64,000 nt of DNA from the human T2T-CHM13v2.0 reference genome, Homo sapiens. Made by a program: the position numbers and the translations under genes. This document shows, in pieces, positions 30,276-42,969 of the stretch (position 1 is its first letter; each line of letters begins with the position of its first letter). The notes below the pieces were generated by a model that worked only from the letters and a program-made list of their open reading frames with translations, did no database searches and had not been told where the DNA came from. Where the stretch lies: NCBI RefSeq assembly GCF_009914755.1, contig NC_060936.1; one strand, written 5' to 3'.

Positions 30276-30465
30276 TAGTTACTGCCCATCTAAAGTAAAA
30301 ATGATATAATTATCAGGTTATTTGTCTCCATAGAAAGAGTCATTTTTAATCTCACACAAAGTGTTTTTCTGTTAAGCATATTTACATAAAACAATTAAAA
30401 TAGATGAGTAAGTGATGGGCCCATTGAACCTGTTCATGAGGATAATAAAACATTCAAGCTCACAA
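30276..30465 (-). pseudogene. Module W exon: S6 and C-linker (ELECFIILM..NGPITYSSILIVL / RLKMTLSMETNNL..ISFYFRW)
   Basis: Hydrophobic S6-like run then C-linker-like run; |gtatgt donor; acceptor obscured by an L2 fragment. Confidence 0.45.
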
Positions 30466-30658
30466 TTTCATTGAAAAATGTTAAAACCTAAATCAGATTG
30501 TATTACAGCCACTTCTTATAATCTTCAATGGCTTCTTACTTCTCTGAGAAGAAAGTCCAAACTTCTTAAGATGGCCTACAAAGCCCTGCCTATTTTAAAA
30601 ACCTCTACCTTCTCCATCTCATTTTGTACCATGCCTCTCCTCATTTACCATATATCAG

Positions 30659-31068
30659 TGTATTAGGTTGTCCTTACATTGCTATAAAGAAATACCTGAG
30701 ATTGGGTAACTTACAAGGAAAAGAGATTTAATTGGCTCACTGTTCTGCAGGCTTTACAGGAAGCATGGCGTGGGCACCTGTTCAGCTTCTAGGGAGGCCT
30801 AAGGAAGCTTACAATCATGGCAGAAGGCAAAGGGGGAGCAGGCATGTCACACGGTGAAAGCAGGAACAAGAGAGAAAGGAGGGAGGAAATCCAACACATT
30901 TTTAAACGACCAGATCTTGCGAGAACTCACTCACTATCACAAAGTCAGCACCAAGCCATGAGGCATATGCCCCATGACCCAAACACCTCCCACCAGCCTC
31001 TGCCTCCAGCATTGGGGATTATAATTCAACATGAGATTTGGGCAGGGACAAATAACCATACTATATCA
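30659..31068 (-). mobile_element. MSTB-like MaLR LTR
   Basis: tgtattagg...actatatca. Confidence 0.88.
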
Positions 31069-32137
31069 ATCAGCCATCCTGGCTTTTACACATTCATTCC
31101 ACACTATTTATTGAGTACCTGTAATGGGTCATAAACTTTTCCAGGTACTAGAACAATATGCAAAAGAAATAAGGACTATGACCTCAACAAAGCAAACAAA
31201 TATGGAATGTATAATACAGTATCAGGTAGAACCAAGTGTGGAGACAGAGAGAGAAGTCAGAAAGCTCTTGCCTTGGGCCAAGTGAGGCACACCGGTGATT
31301 TATACCAAGGCAGCTGTGGTGGAGCTGTTGAAAAACAGCTATATTCAGGATATTTTAACTGCACAGCCAGTAGGATTTGCTGAGGGACTAAATGTGGATG
31401 TGAGAGCAAAAGAAGAGCTGAGGTTTAAAGGTTTTTTGGGCTGAGCAACCAAGTACATGGTGATGCTGAGATGGCAAATGCTAGGGAAGGAGCAGGCTTT
31501 TGGAGTAGAATCAAGATCTCTATTTTGTACTCGGTGAGTTTGAGCCATCTGTTAGACATCCAGAAGATGTCAGATTGACAACTAGATGGATGACAGTGGG
31601 TTTCATGTGGAGGCAGGAAAATGGACTCAAAAATTTAAAAGTAATCTACTACCTCTTAGCCCCTCAAATGCACCAGTCTCTGCCTCTAGTCCTTTGCACA
31701 TGCTGTTCTCTCTGTCTGGACCCCTTCCCCATGTCCCTCCTTTTATTTCTTCCATTAATCTTTCAGATTTTTGCTTAAATGTCACTTACCCCTGGAAGCC
31801 TAGATTCCCCAGACCAGGTTAGACCTCTTTGTCATATAATCTCCTTATAAGTTTTCCATCATAGTATAGATCACCACTGGTATCAAATAAGATTTTTCTG
31901 ATTAATATTTGTCTAGCCTGTGTCAACAGTATTACAGCAATAATGTCTATCTTATTCACTTTTAATTACCAGCACCTGCAGCAGTGTCTATATGTAGCAA
32001 ACACTTAGTAAATATTTGTGGAATGAAAGAATAAGTGAATGAATGAATAAGTTCTGGTAGACCTATTTCTTTATTGCCACTTCATTGCCCCTCCACCCTC
32101 TCTTGTTTTCCCAGCATATGAAGACATATCTGCTTAC

Positions 32138-32386
32138 TGCCAGCTGCACCTGAAGGTTACTCTCAAATACATATTTTTAAATCTTGTGAAGATATTACTA
32201 ACTGGGAGTACAGAAGCCAAATGTTCAGAGTTGATTTTATGTCCAGAATTGCATGTAGGGTCCAATTTTTTTAAATGACTGATAGAATTGTTTTTGAGAA
32301 AACAAAAGTGTTCATTGATGCCAAGAAATAATCAGAGAGAGAGATTACTTCAGTGTGTCTTTTTACCATAAAAGTAAATTATGAAA
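32138..32386 (-). pseudogene. Module W exon: S5 and pore (FIIYF..KTH*SNLSL*LFLG...HLASVL..NIFT)
   Basis: gttcag| acceptor, |gtaagc donor, 249 nt; TGA at both S5 Trp positions (THW...WLFLG). Confidence 0.55.
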
Positions 32387-32512
32387 CTGAACCATCAACC
32401 ATATAAAAGCCTTCTCACCAACTGAGTACAGATCTGTTTTTCTGCTTCATTGCAATAAATTATAGATAGAAAGTTCAAAGACTTATTTATCAAGTAATGT
32501 TTAATTTACTAC

Positions 32513-32737
32513 CTTGCCTTAGCTGGGGGAGAAGTGTTCAGCTAGAGAACTAAGGCATTTGAAAGGTAATTAGCTCTTTAAAAATCTGTTATCAGATCTA
32601 CCTTTTTCCTATCATCAGATTAAGAAAGGATCCAGAAAAAACAACCTTATTCATCCAATTCGAATATAAGTCTATTTCAGGTAAAAGTATTTAAATAAAT
32701 ATTCCTGCCATCCCACTTCAGTGCCCCCATCTTTTAT
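32513..32737 (-). pseudogene. Module W exon: S2-S3 linker to S4 (GALKWDGRNIYLNTFT*NRLIFEL; F*RANYL)
   Basis: cattcag| acceptor, AAG|gtagta donor, 225 nt; G..D.R.I..NY...F..DL motif. Confidence 0.5.
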
Positions 32738-33018
32738 CTGAATGAGTTGTTATGTCCTTTAAATTTTAAACAAAGCTCTGGAGAAATCTTAAAGTAGCTT
32801 ATAAAATCATAGGCCACAATAAAGTTGGTATAGATCTCCTTCAGTGTTTGTTTTAAAATAATAAAAAGAATAAAAACTTAGAACACCCCACAAGAACACT
32901 ACTACTGACATTTACTCTTGGGGAAGACAAAGCTACGAGGAGTTAATTGGATAATCCCAAACTTATTGTTTCTTTTTCTGTTTTTCTAATTTAAGACTAA
33001 TATTGTTCTAAGATACAC

Positions 33019-33208
33019 CTAAAGTCACTGAAAGATAGATCATTTAGGATGAGGTTGTTTTTGCCATATGACATGATTTCAGGTAGAAATAATATCATGT
33101 TGCATCCAAGTGAATAGAACATTAGCGAAGTTACTCCTCAGATACTGGATAGCTGGGAAACCATAACTGAATGGTTTCAAATTTAACTTTTTTCTAGGAA
33201 TCTTGAAC
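33019..33208 (-). pseudogene. Module W exon: S1-S2 (GSRFLEK...ILFLPEIMSYGKNNLILNDL)
   Basis: gtttcag| acceptor, AG|gtgtat donor, 190 nt, stops. Confidence 0.45.
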
Positions 33209-35259
33209 CTGAAACTTAGAGAGTTTATATATTATTTACATTGCCTTCATTAGTTGACAGACATTAATGAACAAATTAAAGCCAAACTGAAGCTCTATGA
33301 GTCCAGAGTTCACAAATGCCATGTTCATTGCTGTATTTCTAAGGCCCAGCACTGTGCCAGGTGCTCAGTGCATGCTCAATGAATAGCAGTTATTCACACA
33401 AAGAAAATCTGGGGAAAATATAAATGATGGTTGAGGGCAACTATAAAACCACATACTTTTAAACAAATTAACCAGTTAACTTGCATTCGGATCTCAAAAT
33501 TTGTTTATTTTGAATGAGATTTTACAAAGTTACTATATCATTCTCAGCTTCTAGGAATAATACCCAAGTTCTCTTTCAAATCTAAACATCTTTTATATTA
33601 GGTACCACTTTCTGCAAATCTCTCATTGAATTTTACAGGACTAAAATGTTAAAACAGCAATACAAGTTTACTGTGTCAAGTTAAAAAAAAATAGTGATCT
33701 TCCTCTTCTCTTCTTCCTGCCTTACTCCTAAAGTGACAGTGTTAATGCTTGGGTGTAAATCCTTCCACTCATACCTGTAATTAAACCTGTATATACTTCT
33801 CCCTAGATCACTGCCTCTCCAGCCCAAATGTGGAACACACATGCACCTTACCACCCTTCTCACCTTACCACCCACTCCTTCTCTGCTTAATTCCTACTCT
33901 TCTTTCAGACGTCGCCTCAACCATCAACTCCTCTAAAAATCCCAACACCTCCCTAAATTCCCCCTTGTAATGGGAACAATAGAGTCTGTTCATCAGACTC
34001 TATGGTCTCACTCTAGTGTGGTGTTATGAAGGCACAGCTAGGAACTACATTGCCCAGCCCCCTGTTGCACTTAGGTGTGCCCATGTGACTAAGCTCTTTT
34101 ATGTGCAAGTGAAAGGACTGGAATTTATCTTCCCCCAGTCCTCATGTCCATCTCTCAAACTCATATATCTTTGGGGAGTCACAATTATTCCTTCATAAAT
34201 TTCCACCAATTTTTTGGGATAGCTCTGAAGCACTGTTGCTTTCATGTACCCAGCATTCATGCCCTCTTGTTCTGATAACCCTGATTTTCACTTGAAAAAA
34301 TGCCTATTCTTCACTCTGAGTCCTGTGATTTGCATGGACCTGACTCTACCCTTTACATTCCAGGGAAGCGGCACATGACCTAAGCCTCACCGATCAGTCT
34401 ACTTCATTTGTCTGGCAACAATAATAATGTGTAGGCACTTCACCAAAGTTGCTCCCGCAAGAGGAAGCCCTGAGAGTTTTGCTGGAAATTCTTTGGAATA
34501 TATACTCTTTTGTTGCTACTCTTACTCTGGTGGTATAGCCTAAATATGGAGCTACCAATGGTTATCTTTGCTACAACATGGATAGAGTCTTTCTTGAGAT
34601 TAGCCCAACTGATAGGAAGGCAGAGTCAAAATAATATAGAAAGACAGATACCTGGTAGATCGTTTGAGTACCTGATCAGCCTAAACCTAGTGCTACTTTT
34701 TACTCTGCAGTTGACTGAGGCCAGTAAATTCTCATTTGTGTTTTAAGTCAGCTTCAGTAGAGTTTCTGTCAGTTGGTACTGGGAATCCTTAGAGATATAT
34801 ACCCCTTATCAGTAAGATCCCCAAACTCTTTGATTTTACCTTATTGAGCGCAGATACCACATTCTATCTTGTTTACCCTCTTTCCCAAGGTTTTAAGTTC
34901 CATGAGGGTAAGGATGCCTTACCATTATTTCTTGTGTCTCACAGTGCCTTAGCACAGTGCCTAATACTTAATAAATTTTGAAAGACTATATGGACAAAAC
35001 AGATTCAATGGTACCCAGGGGACTGACTGAGGAAGGTGAAGACATAGTTCCTTTCCTCAAGGAGTTTATAAATTACAATGAATTATTCCCAGATGGAGGT
35101 ATATTTATCCTAATTCATCAGCCCCAGCTATGAATTTGAGGAACTGTAAGTTACATGCTCCTATTGGATGGTTCTACAAATAGGTCTACTATAAATGATA
35201 ATAACTCCATTCACCCTTAGATGTTTCCATCACTTTGTCTTTTGTGGGCTGCCTTGCCT

Positions 35260-35482
35260 GCTTAGCCTGAATTCTCTTCAAACATCCTTCCAGTCACATA
35301 ATATTAATTCATTAGCATCAGAGAAGGGCTTCAGGGGAAGGGAGAGTGAAAGAGCAGAGAGGACAGAAGACAGAGGAAAGTGAAACCACATAAAATGGGC
35401 ACAGTACCAAAAACATTTTTGAAGTCTCTGGTGAAGCTTTTTCTGGCATCACTACACAACAACAGCACATCATTTTCATTAA
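35260..35482 (-). pseudogene. Module Z CNBD remainder (LSSLLFHSP, DWKDV*REF)
   Basis: gttttgtttgttcaag| acceptor; weak motif matches. Confidence 0.35.
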
Positions 35483-36180
35483 CTTGAACAAACAAAACCA
35501 AGCAGAGATTAAAAAGCAGCACAGATGTGATATGACTCTCTTCTCCTATCCTGGACTGGACAGCCTTGTGGAGTCACTTCCCTTAACAAGGCAGGAAATG
35601 TTCTTTCAGCCTGCCCCCGGAAAAACAGCACATGGCACCAAGATACAACCACAAATACACAACTCTGGGCTGGGTCACTTGTTCTCATTCTGCTCCTTCC
35701 CACAAGGCTCCTTTCTGATGACTGATATGATCCTGGCATTCTCTCCTCCATCTCTCACCTTTTTATTCCTTTTGGTGCTGACCTTCATGGTGTACCCCAT
35801 ACCTGAAAATATCTTGCTCCCTTAGGGCTAAGCAACTTTCCCTCCTTCCTCTCTTATCAAACTCTTCCTTTATCTGAGCCTTCCAAGGCTGATCTCATTG
35901 CAAACTGTGTTTGAACAACATGACTAGCTTTTATATTATCTCATGAATCATGACCATCTGAATTCCATTTCCATTTCCTTGGAGAAAAGCCCAGTCTGGT
36001 ATGTGTTCCACATAGCCCAACATGAAGAGATGGCACTCAATAAATAACACATTGTGATGATATCAATACCATGAACATATACTGCAGAAATATTTCACAA
36101 TGAATGAATGACTGTTGGGCCCTTGGTCCAGGAACTGAACTTTTCTGGCCACCATGGGCTTTGGTCTGAGGGTATCTTAC

Positions 36181-36360
36181 CTGCTGTGTATCAGTGGCTT
36201 CCCGACTGTCAGAAGTAGCAAATGGTTCTTTAGGGTTCCCAGAACTAAAGGGTGAATAGAATAACAAAAAACATGCAAAGAACCTTAGTGATATTATTTT
36301 CCTGGTGAGAATAAGAGCATTTTAGGAATTGCAATGTTCATATAGCCAAATCCAGAGCTT
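36181..36360 (-). pseudogene. Module Z CNBD start (KMLLFSPGK; alternative acceptor near 36245)
   Basis: Strong donor CAG|gtaaga at 36180; F.PG motif; acceptor ambiguous. Confidence 0.4.
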
Positions 36361-36437
36361 CCCTATCCCCAGAGATTTCCTCCGGATTAATCCAGCGCAA
36401 GCCATAGGAATCAGCTTCATTAAAGAGAAGATCTTAC

Positions 36438-37420
36438 CAGCATGCATTCAAAGTAAGATAAACATGTTCCATGTGATCCAGGATTTTTCCTGACCCCTTC
36501 GTTGGACTTGCAATGGGGGCACCCTATTTACTTGGGCCATTGCACTCAACTCCTTCTGGGAGGGAGTATGTGAGAAAGTGAGTGCAGGGTCTGGCCAGCT
36601 GCTTTAGGCAACAACAAAAGCAAACTCCATGCAGGCCCTGCAGCAGGGTGCCTGCGACCCCAAAGCCTCAGAAGGCATGTTACAATGCTCCCTTAGCTCT
36701 GCTGTTTGTGGACAAACAGCTCAGTGGTGTGTTTGTGATGTGTTATCAGCTCAGTGGGCCCCTTGCCTCCTCACATGGGGTGACTGCCCTCTGCCATCAA
36801 GATCAAAGGACCAGTGTGACAGTCTTTTTTGGGTACCCACACTCATTAGGTCCCCAGCTCTTGTCCGGCATCCAAGAAGAATGAAGTCGCCCAGACACTT
36901 GAAGGATGGTGGAAGTGGAGAATTTTATTTAGCAATGGAAATGGCTCTAGTGGAGAGGAGAGCTGGAGAGGGGACAGGACAGGCAGGTAATCTTCCCCCA
37001 AAGTTCAGCTGTCTCAGGTCAGCTCTTCCCTGAAGTCAAGCAGTCTCTCCAAAGTCAAGTTGTCTCTCCTCCAAAGTCCTGCCATCCCTCTGAAGTCAAG
37101 TCACCTCTGTCCAGTCAAGCTGCTTCTCTTCCCTCTACCGAGTCTGGAGTCTTTATAGGCACAGGAGGGAGGGCAGGGCAGGCTGTAGGTAGTTTTGGAA
37201 AAGGCAATATTAGATTGGCAAAAAGGCATTATTCAGTAAGAACCAATTGGGAGAGAGTGGGCAAACAGGAATAGAAGATCTCACTTTGGGCTGTGGGTTT
37301 CAGGTTTCTCAGCTTAAAGGTGGGGTTTCACCTGGGACTCACTGCTGTTTGTCTCCTGCATGTATCACATGGAGTGGCAACCTGTGCACTTAGGACATAG
37401 TAGGACATACTCTACTTCCA
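36438..37420 (-). pseudogene. Module Z C-linker exon split by an LTR (37420-37368 + 36469-36438; GSRVCPTMS*VHRLPLHGTCLSYFECML)
   Basis: Long pyrimidine tract and gtag| acceptor, CTG|gtaaga donor; removing the LTR and one TSD gives an 85-nt exon with an LP motif. Confidence 0.55.
36474..37367 (-). mobile_element. ERV1-type solo LTR (MER52/LTR27-28 group) with 4-bp TSD CATG
   Basis: TGA...TCA termini flanked by catg at 36470-36473 and 37368-37371. Confidence 0.8.
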
Positions 37421-37568
37421 CTACCCACATAAAGAAAGAGAAAGAAAGTAGAAATAACATCTAAATACTGCATGCGATTCCGCCAGCCTTGCACTCAATG
37501 AGCCTGTGTCCCTGTAATGGAGTCCAGACTGGCTCCTTCTCAAGTTGGCCTCCGGGCCTGCATTCCAC

Positions 37569-37704
37569 CCTGGAAGTATCCCTCCACACTGTGTCTGACT
37601 TTAGGATTTAGAGATACATATTTCTTCATATGCATGACTTCTAAGTAAAAGCCACTTCTTTTATCTGGTGCTCATCAAAAGAATCAAAATGATCTGCTCC
37701 TAAC
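37569..37704 (-). pseudogene. Module Z exon: S6 end and C-linker A'/B' (DKRSGFYLEVMHMKKYVSLNPKVRHSVEGYFQ)
   Basis: gttttcccccag| acceptor after a 110-bp intron; clear R..F...MKKY...L...V..YF pattern. Confidence 0.65.
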
Positions 37705-37814
37705 CTGGGGGAAAACATGACTGTTGCTTGAATTGCTGAGAGATGTTATTAGTATTCAACATCTCAGGGGATCTTCAAGGTATTTCAACGATGTATAATG
37801 GTGATAATACTCAC

Positions 37815-38040
37815 CAATGTTAGACTATAACCCCTAATAATGCTAGACTATACCCCCCAATAAAATGGAGGAATAATCCAAGTAATGGAAGATAATGTGT
37901 GTATTGGTGATGGGGTAAGGTGTACTCTCTGCTACTAAGAGGGGGACAACTAAAAATATCTTTGAGAGAGAGATAAATTTAGGATTTATACCCTTCTTGA
38001 GTGGGTGGCTTAATGGCATCAAGTGAATTCCAGCTTTTTC
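37815..38040 (-). pseudogene. Module Z exon: pore and first half of S6
   Basis: KSW linker, YF*LSPLSSREY, YPITNTHIIF, WGYSL across frames; canonical donor ATTG|gtgagt; start approximate. Confidence 0.4.
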
Positions 38041-38523
38041 TCAGGTTCTTATCCCTCCCTTGTATACAACAATAGCCAGCCATCAAAGGATAGTCCCTGT
38101 TATGTGCATATACTCTCCTAGACAAAGAATATAGATGTGAATAAAGCAAAGTATCTACCTTCGAGGAGCTTCAGGTCCAAAGGAGAAAGATAGAAAATAG
38201 AAGCAATAAATAAATAAGATCATTTCAACTTCTGATAAATGCTATGAACAAAATAAAAAACTGTATTTTATTAATTTTAAAATGTATTTTTTTCACATTT
38301 TACCATTTCTGAGATCTCGAAGCATCTTGCAATCTGATAGCAACTTTTATCTGAATTTAATTAGCAGCATTTTTTTTCTTTCTTTGTAATACATAAAATA
38401 ATTGTTTACAACTGATGACAAATTCCATTCAATGAAAATGATACAAAATGTGGGAGACACTAACTACTGTATCTTTGCAGATCCATTTTTAATATCCATG
38501 CTGAGGTGACAAATTAATAAGAT

Positions 38524-38618
38524 GACAGGGAGATATTTCAAATTTTTATAAATATGTTTACTTTCTTTTAGACAGGGGGATATTTCAAATTTTTATAAAT
38601 ATGTTTACTTTCTTTTAG
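38524..38618. repeat. 47-bp tandem duplication
   Basis: gacaggg(a/g)gatatttcaaatttttataaatatgtttactttctttta twice. Confidence 0.95.
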
Positions 38619-39645
38619 CCTAACTTCTTTTAGTTGTTGACGTATTTCTTTCCAACATGAACTAAATTTACACTAATTTAATTTATCCTTGAAATTCCTA
38701 CATTGTCCCTTACACATATATAAAAACTACTGCTCCAGCAAGATTATCTTTCCTTACCTTTTTACAGTTTATGTTTCACATTTTCCATCTCATCTTTTCA
38801 TTTACTTTTTTTTTAATCTCCACCTCACTTTTCTCCATTCATTTTTGTTAGGCAGTGGTTGCTTCCTCCAGCCTTTCATCAGTATGTCTCTCCTTCTCAT
38901 AGACTTGCACACAAATCTTACCTGTCTGTGGTTTCAATCCGCTTTTATTAATCCCTGCCAATTTTCCTCCCTGCTACCTGTGTTTCCTGAGGTCTGATGC
39001 CCACCGAACTCACGTTGCTGAAGTTCTACTGTGTATTCCCTTAGAGTGTCAGGTTTTCCTTTGGGACTCACCTTCAAACATGTACGCAACATGTTGGGCT
39101 TTAGCATTGTCCTTCATTTTTAAGTCTCATTTTACTTTTGGCAACTGAAATGATGGTTAGGAGAACTCTTTTTTTCTTCTAATGTTTCCATGTGGGAGCC
39201 TCTACACCCAGGCAGGAAGGGTATTGAGGTAACATGTCCAACCCTCCTTCTCCCAAGTCCATCTCTCCCTCCCTCCTCACCAAGGGAGAAGAAATTACTT
39301 ATCCAGCTAGTAAATCTGGAGCAAGAACTAAGCATGCTCAGTTCTGCCCTTCTGTATTTCCTCTAGATGTCCCTGTGGAGAGGCTTTCTTGGCTTTGTTC
39401 CTAAGGCAGCCCCTGACCTCTATGGGGGGAAAGAGGCTGTGACCCAGGGGTTAAGTATGTCAAGTATTGGGAATCCATGTAGGTGCTATCTGAACTGCTT
39501 GGGAATCGAGTATTGGGAAGTGAGTGCTGGGAATCCATGTAGGTGCTATCTCAACTGCTTCCACCAATCCACCTTTACAAGTGTAGCTGATGTTTTGATG
39601 CCTATCTGACACCTGAGCTTTACTTTTCTATTGGCTCAGAAATAG

Positions 39646-40192
39646 TGAGAGCGGCAGGAGGCAGCCAAATGCCTAGGCAGGTAGGGGCAGGTCCTTGGTG
39701 AAACCCCACCTCCAAGCCAAAGGCAGTTTAAAGCCTGAAATCCAAGCTCAAACCGGATTGAGAACTTGTCTTCCCATTTGGCATGCTTTCCTCTAATTGA
39801 TCCCTACCCTTCACTTATTTTACATATACCTGCCCTTTCCTAATTGGTTTTCTACAGTGTCGTGCCCCACCTTTGAGTGGTGTCTTCACTTTAACCTTTT
39901 TTGCATACTCACAAACCAATCAGCATGCACTCCCCATTTTGAGTCCATAAAAGGCCACAAAAGGCTGTTCTGTTACTCAATAAAATTCTTCTCCGCCCTC
40001 CTCACCCTTCAATGTCCAGCATATCCTTATTCTTCTTGGGCACAATACAAGAGCTCAGGAACCACTGAACACACGTACAAGTTATAACACCAGTGAGCTG
40101 GGGCACACAAGCGTGGTGGAGCGAGGCCTGGGTGAAGCATCACTGCCTGGGGGTGCTGGCTTGCAAAATGACTGAGAAGCAAAATCGTACAT
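39646..40192 (+). mobile_element. ERV1 LTR (LTR27/28-like), internally deleted
   Basis: tgagagcggcaggaggcagccaaatgcctaggcag start, AATAAA, ends in ca. Confidence 0.65.
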
Positions 40193-40432
40193 CAACAGGG
40201 CAAATAAAAGAGAGAATTTGTTTTAGTGGTCTCCAAACATCCCCTCCGTACTATCAAGAGATATAAGAAAACAAATGGCATAATCAGAAGATGGGATTTA
40301 AAAAAATCAGAGGTGTTTAAAAATAAAATTGGCTACCTGAGGGTATAGTGGGCCCCCATTTCTGGAGATGCCCAGCCGTAAGGAAGGGAAAGGTAAGGTA
40401 AAGTTTATTACACTTCTGCTACATATTATAAT

Positions 40433-40703
40433 TTTTTTTTTTTTTGAGATGATGTCTCATTCTGTACCAGGCTGGAGTGCAGTGGCATGATCTCGGCTGA
40501 ACTGCAACCCTGCTTCCTAGGTTCAAGTGATTCTTCTGCCTCAGCCACCTGAGTAGCTGGGACCACAGGTGCGTGCCACTACACCCAGTTAATTTTTTGT
40601 ATTTTCTTAGTAGGGATGGGGTTTTGCCAAGTTGGCCATGCTGGTCTCAAACTCCTGGCCTCAAGTGACCTACCCACCTCGGCCTCCCAAAATGTTAGGA
40701 TTA
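40433..40703 (-). mobile_element. Alu (S/J), 5'-truncated
   Basis: Antisense Alu consensus. Confidence 0.9.
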
Positions 40704-40856
40704 TACTAGAAATTTTTGTGTGCATTTCTTCCATTTAATACTTACAACTGCCCCTGGAGTTGGATGGTATTAGACTGTTTTCATGGTTGACATAACTGAG
40801 GCCCACAGACCTTAGTCACTGACTGTAGATACCATAGATGATAAAGAAAACAAGAT

Positions 40857-41260
40857 TGTATTTGTCAGCTTGGGCTGCCATAACAAAATGTCACAGACTG
40901 GGTGGCTTAAACAACAGAAGTGTATTTTTTCATAGTTTGGAAGCTAGACGTCTATAACCAAGGCTACAGTCAATTGAGTTTCTGGTGAGGGCTCTCTTCT
41001 CTTCTGGCTTGCTGTGTCCTCACATGGCCTTTCCTAAGTGAGTTCATTGTGTGAAGATGAGGACATGTAGAGGGACAAGACAAGCTCTCTGGTGTATTTT
41101 CTTATAAGGACACTAATCTTATTAAATCAGAGCCCCATCCTTATTACTTCACTTACTTAAATACTTTCTTAGCAACCCCATCTCTAAAAACAGCCAACAC
41201 TAGGGGTTAAGTTTCAATATATAAATTTCAGGAAGAGAACACAAGCATTCAGTCCATAAC
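40857..41260 (-). mobile_element. MLT1A-type MaLR LTR
   Basis: gggctgccataacaaa...gggtggcttaaacaacag...ttcagtccataaca. Confidence 0.85.
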
Positions 41261-42329
41261 AAAGATTCAGCTGAAGTCTATCAGATTCCAAAACTCATAT
41301 ATATGTCCTCTTTATCACGGTCACTTATGCTTTAGGCTGATGACTGCTAAGTAGTATGAGACCCCAGGACCTCCAACAAAGCCATTACTGTAGATACAGA
41401 AGTTCACTCCCTTTTCTAAATCAACTTAAAATTATGTAAAAAAATTACTTACATACAAAGCAAAACTCAAATTAATAAAAATAAATATACAGGTACCTGA
41501 ATGAAGAAGGAACCCATAATCTAAGCTGGAAATAGGAACTGAGGCTCCCTCAGGAGGTCCTGGAACTGAATAGAGACCTGGGGTTCAGAGTTCTAAACCT
41601 GTCCAGAAAACAGGATCCCAGCTGTAAGCTTCGTGCACAGCATGGAGATTGGGAAATCTCTACAGGCTATCCCATGGTTGCCGCATAAAGAGAAATTTTC
41701 ATCTAGAGTTATGAATGGAAACAGAAAAGCTCACCAAAACCAAAAACCAAATGGAACCACAAGCCATACTTTGCAGAAGTACAGAGCCAAATATTCACTA
41801 TCCATGCAATATTAGAAACACTAAACCAAGGCACCAGCATGAAAATGTAGCCTGCAAATGTGGCGCATCTAAGAACTGTTCCATAACATCACATCCACAT
41901 TCTGTGCCTCCGCTGATGGAGAACTACACACAAAATTACAGAACACGTCATTGCACATGGTCATCAGTATGTAAAAGAAATGGAAGAGCTCACCACCAAG
42001 GAACTGGAGGTTTTAAGTACTATGAAAGGGACTTTAAATAAATGAATTTACAAAGGGATAGAATCCTTAAAAACACAGAAAGGACAGAGGAGGAAAGAGA
42101 GAAAGATAAGAAGGAGGAGAAGAAGAGGAAGGAAGAAAAAAGATGATTTGGGAAAAAAAACAGGTAGAAATTCTAGAAATTAAAAAATACAATATACTAG
42201 ATGAGAAATTTTAGGGTGGAAAGGAGGGGGGGTGAAATGGTTCAAATAAGCTGAAAGTTTCTTCTAAGTCTGTGCCTCTCTTTTCATTTCATGATAGAGA
42301 AATCCCAGGTCCAAACAAACCTGTATCTC

Positions 42330-42969
42330 AATAAGTGAATCTAATTTCCTAGTTCCAGGAGCCCAAGAACATGTTTGTATCCAATGGACTGACTATGGAG
42401 AATATGTTCATTTGCTGACATGATCCCCACCCAGATTTAATTCAATCTTGCCTCATTCCCTTGATGATCTCCTTTTTCTCCTTGGAAAGCCCTTAGAACC
42501 TGAAAACTTGTAATGCCTCTGAATGTGCAGGGCAGTGGCCTAGCATCCTTTGACCCCTTTGTCATAAAAGCCCTGTTGCCCTCTGCAAGAGTCAGTGCAA
42601 ATTTTCCCCTAGCAAGAATATTTTCCAATATTCAGTTAACCATGTAGGGTAGTCTCACACTACAAGAGGTTGAGCTCAGGTGCTTTCCACATGTGATTAC
42701 TTCAAAGAGCATTTCCCCATTTTTTAAAACTGAATTAGTTAATAAGTAAGCACAATTCCTCTCTTCCTTATTCTCTGTGGATTAATTCCCTTTAATTAAT
42801 TCTCTTTTCACTCAAAAAAATGTTACTTGTAAATTTTCTCGTCCAAATTGTATTTGTTTTGAATTTGCAATTTCAAATGAAAGCAACGAGAAAAGTGAGT
42901 TTCCGAGGAAAGTACACTGAAAGAACCAGCTGAAAGAAACTCAAAAGCTTTTTAGCAATGTCTTTTTTT
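42330..42969 (-). pseudogene. Module Z large exon(s): S1-S4(-S5)
   Basis: cccttttcag| acceptor; FFQLVLSVY..KLTFLVAF (S1), KNGEMLFE...KHL (S2-S3), FRGITSFQVLRAFQGEKGDHQGNEARL (S4-S5 linker); end approximate. Confidence 0.5.

Noticed and set aside
36582-37033. 100-aa and 134-aa plus-strand ORFs
   Set aside because: Lie within the ERV1 LTR
39468-39560. Repeat-spacer-repeat resembling a CRISPR unit
   Set aside because: Only two copies in primate DNA with no cas genes; a local duplication
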